From: Octopus sinensis
Taxonomy: Eukaryota
Reading direction: 5' to 3'
Assembly (NCBI RefSeq): GCF_006345805.1
Contig: NC_043016.1
Location: 31,496,001-31,560,000, forward strand
Length of the DNA: 64,000 nt
A model generated the notes under the pieces. That model saw nothing but the letters and a program-made list of their open reading frames with translations, had not been told where the DNA came from and searched no databases. The position numbers and the translations under genes are program-made. Positions 1 through 12,030 of this stretch are shown piece by piece (position 1 is the first letter of the stretch; each line of letters opens with the position of its first letter).

Positions 1-27
1 ATATGTATATGTATATATGTATGTATG

Positions 28-111
<84 letters not shown>

Positions 112-453
112 GTATATGTATATATGTATGTATGTATATAATACACACACACACACATCATGTGTGTGTCTTTGTTTTTGTGTTGTCCTGCACCCACTGC
201 TTGATGGTTAGTGTTTGTTTATATTCCTGTAACTTAACAGTCCCACAAAAAAAAAAAAGAGCAATAAAATAACTACCTGACTTAATGAATAAGTAATATA
301 GTCATTCTGTTTGACAAAAATCTTTCAAAGGTGGGGTTCCAGCAAGGCTGTGATTTAATGAATGGAACAAACAAAATATAATAGGTAAAAGATTAAAAAA
401 ATTTTTTTTTTTGAAATAATAAGTTTCTGAGTTGATTTTTGTATAAAGAGAAA

Positions 454-856
454 GAGGTAGAGGCAGAGGGACATAAGAAATAAGGAGGGGTGAGAAAAAA
501 TGACAGGGACACAGTGAAGTGAAAACAGGAGGGAAAGTGAGCATGAAGAGTTCTTGTCCTATTTTGTATTTTTTATATATAAAACATATAGTGGTGTAAG
601 TACACTTTGGTCTCTTATATGTAAGTATATATTTATCTAAATCTTGTATGACTCTATTCTTTCTATTATTCTTTCCTTCTTTCTATCAGCCCTTCCACGC
701 TTACTTTGTTCATTCCAATCTTCGTTCTTTCATTCCCCCTCTCTCACATTTCCTTGCTTTCTCTTCACACTCACTTTCCCTCCTCTTTTCACTTCACTGT
801 GTCCCTGTCATTTTTCTCGTCCCTCCTTATTTCTTCTGTCCCTCTGCCTCTACCTC
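454..856. repeat. Inverted repeat pair, about 97-bp arms (454-550 and 761-856)
   Basis: Reverse complement of 454-550 matches 761-856 at roughly 90% (CACTTCACTGTGTCCCTGTCATTTT core). Confidence 0.8.
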
Positions 857-1010
857 ACTCTCTTCTCTTCCCACGTGACCGGTGTTTGGCCAAGTCTGAC
901 CTTTCTTTCTTGGTTCAACCACTGTCCATTCAACATCTGTATTCCTCCCTGTGCCTGTGAAATCTTATATCCCTGCTGTAAAATATTATATTTATAGTAA
1001 AATATTATAT

Positions 1011-1341
1011 TATATTAAATTAGAGATAAAACCACTATTAGGCAAATCATACAATGAAAAACTTAAGCCAATACATAAGATTAATTAATTTATATTATTT
1101 TAAATATATATCAAATTTATTAAAAAAAGATAATTAGTATAACACTACAATCATTTCATGGCTGTCCAATTCGTAAAAATTCGAGTTACAGTCATTCTTC
1201 AGGTGATTGAAATATTTAACTTAGCGATTATCTTTTTTTAATAACTTTGATATATATTTAAAATAATATAAATTAATTAATCTTATGTATTGGCTTAAGT
1301 TTTTCATTGTATGATTTGCCTAATAGTGGTTTTATCTCTAA

Positions 1342-1350
<9 letters not shown>
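1011..1350. repeat. Fold-back element: 124-bp inverted arms around a 92-bp spacer holding a hammerhead remnant (Penelope pLTR-like)
   Basis: Arms 1011-1134 and 1227-1350 differ at one base. The spacer on the minus strand has CUGAAGA, a long stem II and GAAA. Confidence 0.8.
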
Positions 1351-1398
<48 letters not shown>

Positions 1399-1402
1399 TA
1401 TG

Positions 1403-1714
1403 TATTTAGTCTGCCAGTATGAACTAAGCGGTCAACATGTAATCTTTTATTGTATATCCTTTCCATTGATGATATTGCGTTCATATCTTATAAATGAATT
1501 TAATGGCTGAATTTAATGCTTTCTTCCAAGGAATCTAATGCTCTTAGTTTAGTTTTTCCTTGGGGCTGACCAGATAAGAGCAATCTCGAGTATAACCAGC
1601 TGAAATTGCAGAGATAATCTGGAATTCAACTGAGGAAAGAAAACTCTGAATGACCCGTCATTGTTTTCTTTGTATTGTCTATCTGGATGTTTTATTGTCC
1701 CATTTTGTATTTTT

Positions 1715-1745
<31 letters not shown>

Positions 1746-2106
1746 AGAGTTAATTAGAGGATATATTATTAACCTCATAAAGAGATGATTACATCCACAA
1801 CAACACTGGTTCTATACTTAATATTTTTGGGAAATAAAATTTACATGAATCAATAGGTATATATTATGCATATAATCAGTATTCAATTAATAGAAAAGAA
1901 AATGGACAGTTGAAAGTTAATAATTATTTGTTAATAAAGTGATACTTCATATTTCCTACAGCTGTTTCAATCGTGCTCATTAAATAAATTAGAAATTTAT
2001 GCTTTAAATTTTCATTTATAAGATATGAACGCAATATCATCAATGGAAAGGATATACAATAAAAGATTACATGTTGACCGCTTAGTTCATACTGGCAGAC
2101 TAAATA
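1403..2106. repeat. Perfect 96-bp inverted repeat (1403-1498 and 2011-2106) enclosing about 510 bp
   Basis: Base-by-base comparison shows identical arms. Confidence 0.85.
1515..1720 (+). repeat. Short interspersed repeat, second copy at about 13055-13295
   Basis: Shared CAAGGAATCTAATGCTCTTAG...GAGCAATCTC...GATGACCCGTC sequence, both copies next to (TA)n. Confidence 0.7.
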
Positions 2107-2426
2107 TTTGGAGTTAGTTTGTTTATTTTGTGTGCACGTGTGTGAGGGTTAACGGATTAATTTGAATATAAGAAATAAAGTACAATGAATAATAAGAGAG
2201 AATAAAATAAAATAGTATAAAAAGTAAAGACAATGAAAATAAAAAAAGGTACAAAATATAAAATAAATAAGATAAAAATACAAAAAAAACCCAGATAAAT
2301 AAAAGTAGAACAAAAATGAAATAAGATAGAATAGTATAAACTCAGTGTATTGATCAGTGTCCGTTGGTTGGAGAAATTTTAATTAGTTTACAAGCAGTTG
2401 AGCATTTCAGAAAATATGTAATCATA

Positions 2427-2845
2427 GGCGCAGGAGTGGCTGTGTGGTAAGTAGCTTGCTAACCAGCCACATGGTTCTGGGCTCAGTTCCACTGCATGGC
2501 ATCTTGGGCAAATGTCTTCTGTTATAGCCTCGGGCCGACCAAAGCCTTGTGAGTGGATTTGGTAGACGGAAACTGAAAGAAGCCTGTCGTATATATGTAT
2601 ATATATATATGTATGTGTATGTATATGTTTGTGTGTCTGTGTTTGTCCCTCTAGCATTGCTTGACAACCGATGCTGGTGTGTTTACGTCCCCGTCACTTA
2701 GCGGTTCGGCAAAAGAGACCGATAGAATAAGTACTGGGCTTACAAAGAATAAGTCCTATGGTCGATTTGCTCGACTAAAGGCAGTGCTCCAGCATGGCCG
2801 CAGTCAAATGACTGAAACAAGTAAAAGAGTAAAGAGTAAAGAGAG
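2427..2845 (+). mobile_element. tRNA-derived SINE, family A (octopus-type), full length
   Basis: tRNA-like head GGCGCAGGAGTGGCTGTGTGGTAAG...GGGCTCAGTTCCAC, internal TA/TG microsatellite, AGTAAAG-repeat tail. Many copies in the window. Confidence 0.9.
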
Positions 2846-3139
2846 TATAACAGTTTCTCAATATATGTGTCAGTGTGTGGAATTATATGGTAATGAAAAA
2901 GTTCATGGTAATAATTGCATGCATATATATACATATATATATAGATAGATAGATATAGATATATGTGTGCATGTTTGTATGTATGTATATATATATATAC
3001 ATATTACATATTACACACTTACATACATGCTCATACACATATATATATATATGCATATATATATATGTGTGTGTGTGTATATATATATATACATACTTAT
3101 TACACACTTACATACACGCTCATACTCATATACACACAC

Positions 3140-3344
3140 ATGACCGCGTGTGTATTATTGGCAATTTTTTGCTCCGTCTTCCCTTCCTTGGATCTTTCCT
3201 TTTCCTATGTTTCTGACAAAGAGCTCCGCTCGAAGCGTTAAATCCTCCTTCTTTCTTTCCTTTCCTGAGCGTCCAATAACACTATACTTGTTCCATGTCC
3301 TCATGTTGTTGTGTTTTCTCTTTGTGTTTTCATGTTTGGATTAT
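3140..3344 (+). mobile_element. About 200-bp hammerhead-bearing repeat (family H1), copy 1; core at 3209-3243
   Basis: GTTT-CTGACAA-AGAGCTCCGCTC-GAAG-CG-TT-AAAT. Homologous to 9775-9960 and 14818-15015. Confidence 0.75.
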
Positions 3345-3799
3345 CTTTACGCATATATTTATATACATATGCATGTATACATACACAAGTGCATATATAA
3401 ATGTATACATAAATGCACAGATACACAAACATACATACATATGTACGTACAAAAGACATATAATCATACACACATATATATGTATTATAACTTTCAATTT
3501 GATAATATTTGTTTATATTAAGTGTGATTTAATTAATGCTTCTATTAAATACATTTACACAAAATGATAATCACAGGTATTTATTTACCATATAATCAGC
3601 ATAATGAACATATGCTATTTGTTTACATTCAAGATAAATAGTGCTCTTGTGCATTATGTCATCACAATTGTAGTTTATTGAAAGAATTTCTCTAAGTATA
3701 TGTTGGAGATTTTATATGATTCCACAAAACTTGCAATCTCCCATTTAATATTAATTTCAATATCAATATCATTTAATATTAATTTCAATATCACCAAAT

Positions 3800-4432
3800 C
3801 CTTTGTGAGCCGCTCTCTGGCTATCTATCTGCAGCTTTATATAGCTATGGTAAGACCTCACCTGGAATTTGCATCACCAGTCTGGAACCCCTATCTTGCC
3901 CAGGATATCAATCGTCTGGAAGCTGTTCAGCAACGTGCAACCAAAAGAATACCCTCCATCAGGCATTTGCCATATCCTGAACGCCTAACTTCCCTGGGCA
4001 TGGACACATTGAAACTCCGACGTCTGGCAGCTGACTTGGCAGACACCCATAAAATTATCAACCATCGTACAAACAATAACTCTGAGCACCTTTTCAAACT
4101 CCACCCATCTAACACCCGTGGACATATTTACAAAGTAAGAAAACAGCACAGCTCCTATGACTTCAGGAAACATTTTTTCACGCTGAGAGTTGCTGAAGCA
4201 TGGAACAAACTGCCGGCATCAGTTGTTTGTTGTCGGAGTACTGCATCCTTCAAAACTTCCATGCTTCCTGAGATTCGCCAACACTACACTTAATTTTCTC
4301 CCCTCCATACACACACAAGCATGACTCATACATTGTTCGCTTTCCAGACATTTCTACATTACTGCATGTACTTTATATGCACTTTCTGACAAGTTGTGGT
4401 GCACCTGAGCACTGTATACAATAATTTCATTA
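3800..4432 (+). mobile_element. CR1-type LINE, 5'-truncated 3' end (post-RT C-terminus plus tail)
   Basis: Y.AMVRPHLEFASPVWNPY...LEAVQQRATKRI...LRR...HFFTLRVAEAWNKLP motifs. Tail GTGCACCTGAGCACTGTATACAATAATTTCATTAT. Confidence 0.88.
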
Positions 4433-6279
4433 TATTATCCTTTAATTTCCATATGAACTTACTTGAGATAACTATTATTGATTACACCACTTATGATATA
4501 TAATATATTCAACTTTATTACCTTAAATAAACAACTATAATTTTAATAATATCCTCAACAATAATTAATAATAATTATTAACTATTTTACTGAGATTAAC
4601 TTAATCACTGAATAGATTTTGTAACTATTACTATTAACATTAATTGAGAAGACATAACGTAACAAATTCCTATCTATAACTAATACAACTGGCTTCCTAT
4701 ATTTATACCTAAATGAATATTTATAGAGATGTACTTGCATAGCAAGTGATTTGATCTGAGATCGTGTGCTGGAACGAAAACAATTGCAGCGTGGAAGGTG
4801 CTTGTAAGCCATTTAAGAAACACACAAAATCCGTTAGATTCACTTCAACATTTAAGTTTAATTTGTCAAAATATTTTCGCCGCTTTCAGACTGCGAACTT
4901 TTATCTTACAATGCATAATATTTTTGGCCTATTATTTTATGTTGATATTAATTTTAAACTATAATTAGCAATACTTATTAATTAAATTATAAAGATGAAC
5001 TATATTCACATATATTGATAATATCCCAAAATTCTTTCTAAAACCTACAATTGCAATGATGTAATGCACAAGATCTCTAAGTATCTTGAATGTAAACAAA
5101 TATCATATATTCATCGTGCTAATTATAAGGTAGATAAATACCAATGATTATCATTTTATGTAAATGTATTTAATAGAAGCATTAATTAAATCACACTTAA
5201 TATAAACAAAGACTATCGGATTGAAGGTTATAATGTGTATGTGTGTATGATTATATACCTTATGTACATGTATTTGCATATCTGTGTAATTTATGTATAC
5301 ATCTATATATGCGTAAGTGTATGTATATAGATAGGTGTATAGATATAACAGTTTCTCAATATATGTAAACTAATTAAAATTTCTCCAACCAACGGGCACT
5401 GATCAATACATATATTTATGTATTTATTTTCCTTAATATTGTCAGTCCAAATCCCACCAATGCTCACCTCTATCTGTTGTAAATTACATAAGTAGCAACA
5501 GATCACTAGGAATCAATTCAATAATCTTGTATTATAAAAAAAAGAAGCGGATCTCCATCGGTTTGTCCATAACAACATCTTTCTAGAGGGAAGGAAGAAG
5601 GGGAAGAATCAAGATGAAGAATAACCCCTGTCACAATGGATATTTAGAAGCATTTTGCCTGGTGTGTTAATAATTGTGCCAGCTTGCCACATTCTGGGCA
5701 ATGAATATTGATCTATAATCACACTGATGGCAGGTTCATGTCTGAAGATGGTAATAAAAAATGGCATGCTCTCAAGCAGCAATGTAAACCGATCCTTGTT
5801 GCTGCAGGACTTTTCTTCCTGCTTACATTCAATAGTTTTAAAGTGAGAGTCGGTCAGCACAACCCAATCCCACTCTTTAGACTTAGAGGTCAATGAGATG
5901 GCTGTGGTGACCAGAAAGCTGTAGGTTTTACACTGGAGTGGCCTCCTCTTAGATCAATTGCCTTATGAGGATGGAGAGCTCCACCTTCCTTGGAGTTGCC
6001 AGAAAGATATCAAAATGGGGACTAGACTGCTTGAGGGGCTCCATTCTTTGATTTGCTGTTGATGCTGACTTCCCTGGTCTTTATCCTTTCCTAAGACACT
6101 CAAAAAGCAATGAGGGTTTGTACTTGGAATTTCTGCCCTGGGTAAAAGGTAAAGACCCCCTTCAGTCACGAACGACCATGGAATTACACCTAGAAATTTC
6201 CCCTCCAAGGCACAAGTCTGGGCAAGGTTGCTTATGGAAGCCCTCTCCAAGCCACAGATGTTATCCAGGGAAGGGCAAA

Positions 6280-6455
6280 GGTCAATACAGTTTGGTGCCA
6301 ATAATGTTGTAATTCATTTCTATAGCTCAGTGAACTGGAACAATGTGAAATAAAGTGTCTTGCTCAAGAACACAATACAGAGCCCGGTCTGGGAATCGAA
6401 CTCACTACCTCATAATTGTGAGCCCAACACTCTAATCACTGAGTTATGTGATTCC
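6280..6455 (-). mobile_element. tRNA-derived SINE head with CORE-like block, degenerate
   Basis: Reverse strand reads CTCAGTGATTAGAGTG...GAGTTCGATTCCCAGACC...CTTGAGCAAGACACTT. Confidence 0.6.
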
Positions 6456-7885
6456 ACCATGCTAATTAACCCATAACTTGGACTCTGAAAGGTGTTACTA
6501 CCCTGGGGCAGAGTAGACCTGAAAAGAATAATGGCTGAGAGGTGGTTCCACTCTCCTCAAAACACTGGAACTCTTGAACCAAGGTCCCCACTACTAGTTT
6601 AAAGTCATACCCAGGACTATAATCATACAAACTCTCAATTAATCTACTTTAATAAATGAGAATTGATATTTCACTCATTGTGTCCCCACTGGTTACTAAC
6701 AACAGGTACCAGTCCTTCACTTACATTTCATACAAGTTTACAACTCAAAAACTGTGAGCCATATGGAGGGATCTACTGCTAAACCTGCCCCCTAAAACAA
6801 CCTACTCTAAAGTTTGAACTTCAAATTGATCAAAGCGCCATAATTTGATTCTGGTTATTGTACTTTCTTGCACTTGGAAATATATAAATTTCTTATATAA
6901 ATATGAAGTGGGAAGTTTCATTACATACTTTCTGACATAAGGTTAATCAATGCAACAGGTGGAAATTGAAACTGTTTGGCAAACAGTGTACATGTAGTTT
7001 ACCTTTACTGTTTGGGTGCATACAAATATATTGGGTATTTTAGTTTTAGTTTTCAAAAACTTAACAGAGAAACATAAATTTTCCAAAATATTGTCATGTC
7101 TCTATCGTTACAACAGAATACATAAACTATAAAAAGTATTGATCTTTATTTTAACTGCTCTGCTACTTTAAGGGAATGAAGTTAAAAATAGCTATAAAAC
7201 AAGATTATTTGGTGTAACTATTGTTCCTAGGGAATAAAACAAAAATTAAAACCATTAACAGAGTAGAAACTGGAAATCAGATAAGCATGTTAGCAATCAA
7301 GAGGAGAATATTAAAGAAAGTAAAAAGCCTCTTTGGCAACAGGTGGGACGAATGCAGATATTTTAGTCTAAAAATTATTCTCCCATTTCACTGGTAATGG
7401 AGTCTTTGCCAATAAGAAGGCCTTTCCTATGTAAAATAGATTTATGTAAACTTGTATTTAAAACGTTTTGACATTCAGATAACACTTATTCCATGAATAC
7501 TTGTTTGCAAATAATTTTTGTTATTTTATTTTATTTTATTTTATTCATGAAGTAATTTTAGATGGTACTGACATAGTAAATTATGAAAGCCATTATATGT
7601 TGAAAAAAGTAAAAAAAAAAAAACAAAGAACAAAATGTAGAATCTAAGAAGGTTTGTATGAGAAAAAACCAAGTTAATAAATTTTGAACAAATTTAACAA
7701 ATTCATGTATTACAACAAATACAGCAACCTTATGTTCTGAGTAAAGAAAATTTCATCAGAAATGAAATGGGAAGTGTTTTGGAGATCACTGAATGTGGGG
7801 AGGGAAAAGAGAAGCATTGAGTTAAGAGAATTAAAAAGAATGTTAGATACAAAATTATTCATACATGCATGTGTCTATTTATGTA

Positions 7886-8352
7886 CACGAGGCATGGCTG
7901 TGTGGTAAGAAGCTTGCTTCCCAACCACATGGTCCTAGGTTCAATTCCTCTGTGTGCACCCTGACCAAGTGTCTTCTACTATTGCCTCAGGCTGACCGAA
8001 GCCTTGTGAGTGGATTTGGTAGATGGAAACTGAATGAAGCCTGCCATATATATATATATATATACATATATATGGATGTATGTATGTATGTATGTATGTA
8101 TGTATTTATGTGTGCATATTTTTGTGCCTATCCCCATCTCTATTTCTTCCCTATCCCCATCTCTTGACAACTGATGTTGGTGCGTTTACATCTCCATAAC
8201 TTAGCAGTTTGGCAAAGGAGACTGATACAATAAGTACCAGGCTTACAAAGACAAAATCTTGGGGTCGATTTCTTCAATTAAAAATCCTTAAAGACGGTGC
8301 TCCAGCATGGCCGCAATCAAATAACTGCAACAAGTAAAATAATAAAAGAATA
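7886..8352 (+). mobile_element. SINE family A, diverged full-length copy
   Basis: Colinear with 2427-2845. Confidence 0.85.
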
Positions 8353-8516
8353 AAATATATGTATACATATACACATGTGTATTCTCCTCCACCATCCTCA
8401 TTTGTTTCATATCTTCTTTTCCTTGCTTGTGTCAGCCAAACAAAATTTTCTACAGCTAGATGCTCTCTCTGTTACCAACCCTCCATAGTCCACTGTATCT
8501 TGATCTTGAGATGCTC

Positions 8517-8616
8517 CAGCTTAGGTGTTTCGCTCATAAACACACACATCACCCGGTCTGAGATTCGAACCTGCGATCCCTCGACTGCGAGTCCGCTGCT
8601 CTAACCACTAGGCCAT
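8517..8616 (-). mobile_element. tRNA-derived SINE head, family B (same as 61546)
   Basis: Reverse strand reads GGCCTAGTGGTTAGAGCAGCGGACTCGCAGTC...GGTTCGAATC (A and B boxes). Confidence 0.7.
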
Positions 8617-9712
8617 GTTTCAAAATTTTCCTCGTTCAAAACTGTAACCTGATCACTTGCAATGTTGTTGCACTGCATAAATCAAACAAAACTTGCAGTG
8701 TAATGATGTTAGTGATCAGGTTGAAGTTTTGAGTAAACTCCGAACATGAGCAATACACTTCAACATCAGATGACAATTAGGGCTACAGTTATGGCATCTA
8801 TGCTGTCCGACACGCTTGTTCACCCAGAATACTTAAAGACACCATTAGACCTGGCTTGCTGAATACCAGCCAAAAAATATTCACATAATGTATCCATTTC
8901 AAGCGCTACCTGCTGCAAAATTGGGACTCCATGTTTTCTGATTAAGCTCATAAGAGATCTTACGATCTGTTAGCAGGCCAGGAAATGGATCCCTATTCCC
9001 CAAATTGGCTAGTCTAGGGGAGATAACCCATCCTCATCAATGCCAGAATGTTTATTCTCTGATGACGTTTTGACCAATTGACCATAGCAACTTTCCACCT
9101 CTGAAAGATGAAGTTAAATTTACCTTTGAATAGAGCCTGATGAGCTGTTCCCAAAGCTACAGCCTTCATAGATGCAAAACCATTGGTCACTCTATGACCA
9201 AATATTAACAAAAATAACCAAGAAGTTATTTTTGTACACTATATTCTTATATACCTTATTTTTATCCTTAATACCAATCCTTGCTTTCCTCCTCACTCTC
9301 TCTACCTCTCTTTCCATTTATTTATTTTTCTTTCTCTTTACCCCTTATGTTCACGTTTACTTCTGGATATTTACACTATTAAGACTTTAACCTATATGGA
9401 TTTACATAGGATTGCTCCTAAGGATTTATAGACTAACATCTACACGATCGGAAAGTTGAACTGTGAACAATTATACTTCTTTTTTCTTCTCTTTCTTTTT
9501 TTCTTCATCTCCTTATTCCTTTTCGCCTGTCCTCTGTGTTGTCATTTCATTAATCTATACCCTTCTCATTTTCCCTATTTGTCTCCAATGACAGAGTATT
9601 CCATACTCTGAGGTATCCCAGGAACAGCTGTAAGACTTTGAATTTTTCCAATAATAAAAACGTATATGACTTGAGATGTTTGTATTGCCTTAACGCTTGT
9701 TATCTTCTTTAA

Positions 9713-9771
<59 letters not shown>

Positions 9772-9774
9772 TTA

Positions 9775-9960
9775 ATCCAAACATGAAAACACAACCATGT
9801 AAGGACGTGGAACAAGTATAGTATTATTGGACACTCAGGAAAGAAGGAGGGTTTAACCTTTTCGAGCAGAGCTCTTTGTCATAAACATAGGAAAAGGAAA
9901 GATCCAAAGAAAGGAAGACGGAGAAAAAAAAATCGCCAACAGTACACACTCGGTTACATT
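9775..9960 (-). mobile_element. Hammerhead-bearing repeat H1, copy 2 (most degenerate; core 9851-9886)
   Basis: Reverse complement aligns with 3140-3344. Flanked by (TA)n on both sides. Confidence 0.7.
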
Positions 9961-10039
9961 TTGAATATATATATATATATATATATGTTATTTTCAACTT
10001 CACCTATTAGAACTAATGAAGAGAGCCAAGTTAAACTAC

Positions 10040-10560
10040 GAACAAAAAAAAAAAAAAAAATTTAATGCAATCAAAATGCAAAGAGTTTGGAAGGGAGTTT
10101 CAGACAGATCGCCTATGTGACTTACTATCACTCAAATTGAAATTAAGTGTGACATAGCAAGAACTGTTTAGATTGTTCATGAGAAATGTCTCAGGTAGAC
10201 CACAGACATCAATGAGCCTGACAAAGCAAGAAAGGTTTCTAGAAATATTGCCAGAGTTCAAGAAAGTCTATGTGGCAAATGAATCATGAGACAGGAATTT
10301 CAAAATTAAGAGATCATCACATTGGAAATGTTGTCATTGGAAAAGTTAACATTTCAGGAATAGTCCATGCTCTCAGCTGAAGACAAGAGAGCGGAGTTTT
10401 GCTAGTAGTATTTAACATGATGTGTAAAAGATGTACACTCTCAAGCTGAGATTGTTTGGAGCGATGAGGAGGATACATTTAAATTAAATGGCTAAATAAA
10501 CCACCACAATTGCACATACTGGGAACCTGAGAATCTGCATATTATAGAGAAATATCATAT
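10040..10560 (+). mobile_element. Tc1/mariner (DD37D-like) transposase N-terminal relic
   Basis: Broken-frame IVWSDE.TFKLNG.INHHNCTYWEPENLHI motif, with stops and frameshifts. Confidence 0.6.
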
Positions 10561-10594
10561 GTGCAGACATACATACATACATACATACATACAT

Positions 10595-11062
10595 GATGGC
10601 TGTCCCCTCATTATTGAGTATGGCCATTACATGAAGCTTAACTGTTATTGGTGCTGTGATCGAATGTGACTTTTTAGCCCAGCTAAAGATCTACAATGTC
10701 TTGTACAGAATTGGCAGCTGAAAACTTTACTGGCAATAGCCGGCTGTAGTTGTAACTGGGCTTCATGTACCTTTGCATGTCGTTTAAGTCCTCCTGCCGA
10801 ATTACACTCATGCTTGACAGATATGATTAGTATGGTGTGTAGCACCACTACCAGTGGCCAGGTTGTCACTTATCTGTCTCGCTTTATGACTACGAAGATG
10901 ACTCTTGAGTCCAGCTTTACTGAGGCAGGGTCTTGCACAGACACTGCATGTTAGCATCATAAGAAGATCCTTCCCATCTGGAAGTGCAACATCAATGCCC
11001 TTCCTGACATCCCTCCTTACTTTCTCATGCACAACTCAAGATTTCTCAAAAGTAGCTGTCAT
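10595..11062 (-). mobile_element. 5'-truncated RTE-type LINE 3' end encoding three C2H2 zinc fingers
   Basis: CSVCARPCLSKAGLKSHLRSH, a frameshifted C..CNSAGGLKRHAKVH, and CQFCTRHCRSLAGLKSHIRSQH. Ends GGCCATACTC...GGACAGCCATCATG. Inside a (CATA)n tract. Confidence 0.7.
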
Positions 11063-11681
11063 ATGTGCATACATACATACATACATACATACATACATAC
11101 ATACATACATACATACATACATACATACATACATACATACATACATACATACATAAATACATACATACATACATACATACATGCACACATACATATGTAC
11201 ATGCTCTCTGGGCACCAACGTGGTTAGAAACTACAAGAGAAAGAGGACATCTATGGACCATTGATTAGAAGTTTCCAAATCCAGTACCCAAGGTTCACTT
11301 TAAGCTTCATACATATTATCTCTGGAGCAAGAGCATACATACCAACCTGTCTGGAGCAAAGTATGGCTGAACTTGGGATCTTGTGGAGAGAATGCAATCC
11401 TCAATTCATATGCATCAAATGATCATGTTATCTGGAATTATAAGTATCTGCAAAACCTTCTTTAGATTTAAATAACAATGGTTAAAAGGAGATGCTTGCC
11501 TTCACAACCTTACTACCGAGTATGTGGCCAATCAAAATTTACTCAAAGAGAAAAAGAACACATACACACATTTATATTGTATAATACAAATAAGATGGTA
11601 ATTTTTTATAATGTAGAAATTCCATTAGGACATCAGAAATATTAGGTAAATTACCCTTACAAAGTAGAAAGATTTGTTAGC

Positions 11682-11754
11682 AACCAGCCATGGGACTCGA
11701 ACCCACGTCCCTCAAAGACTGCAGCTGAGTGCTTTACCATTAAGTTAAACTGCC
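11682..11754 (-). pseudogene. tRNA-like sequence (GCA anticodon loop) or SINE head
   Basis: TAACTTAATGGTAAAG A-box, GTGGG-TTCGAGT-CCCAT T-arm, CT-GCA-GT loop. Acceptor stem pairs poorly. Confidence 0.45.
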
Positions 11755-12030
11755 TGCAAACAAATCTATCTGCAAATTTAGATACTATAAAGCTAAATGC
11801 CCAATTAGATGTATATAATACACACACACACACACATCATCATCATCATCATCATTTAACATCCATTTTCCATCTTGGCATGAGTTGGACGTCCCATGCT
11901 AGCCACTTGATATGATCGGTATTTTAAATAACGATCTTATCCTTATTTATAAATATACATAATATATATATCAATCCCACTGCACAAACAATTCTAAAAC
12001 AGTCTCTCGGCCAGCACAGGGCAAAGGCCT

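Noticed and set aside
1640-1675. CTGAGGA...GAATGACCCGTCA as a hammerhead (also about 13165-13200)
   Set aside because: No GAAA/NUH geometry (GAAU with a U-A pair), and the second copy does not keep the core.
5540-6270. GC-richer block with short ORFs
   Set aside because: Looks like decayed retroelement sequence, but I could not identify a diagnostic motif.
8840-9211. Possible minus-strand exon(s) (MKAVALGTAHQALFK; EVESCYGQ...LSPLD*)
   Set aside because: The implied intron is only about 23 nt, the frames do not join and I recognise no homolog. A BLASTX hit or spliced reads would be needed.
9410-9640. Two further hammerhead-like motifs (CTAAGGAT...GGAAAG; CTGAGGT...GGAACAGCTGTA)
   Set aside because: Probably pLTR relics, but stems I and II cannot be formed, so they are too decayed to call.
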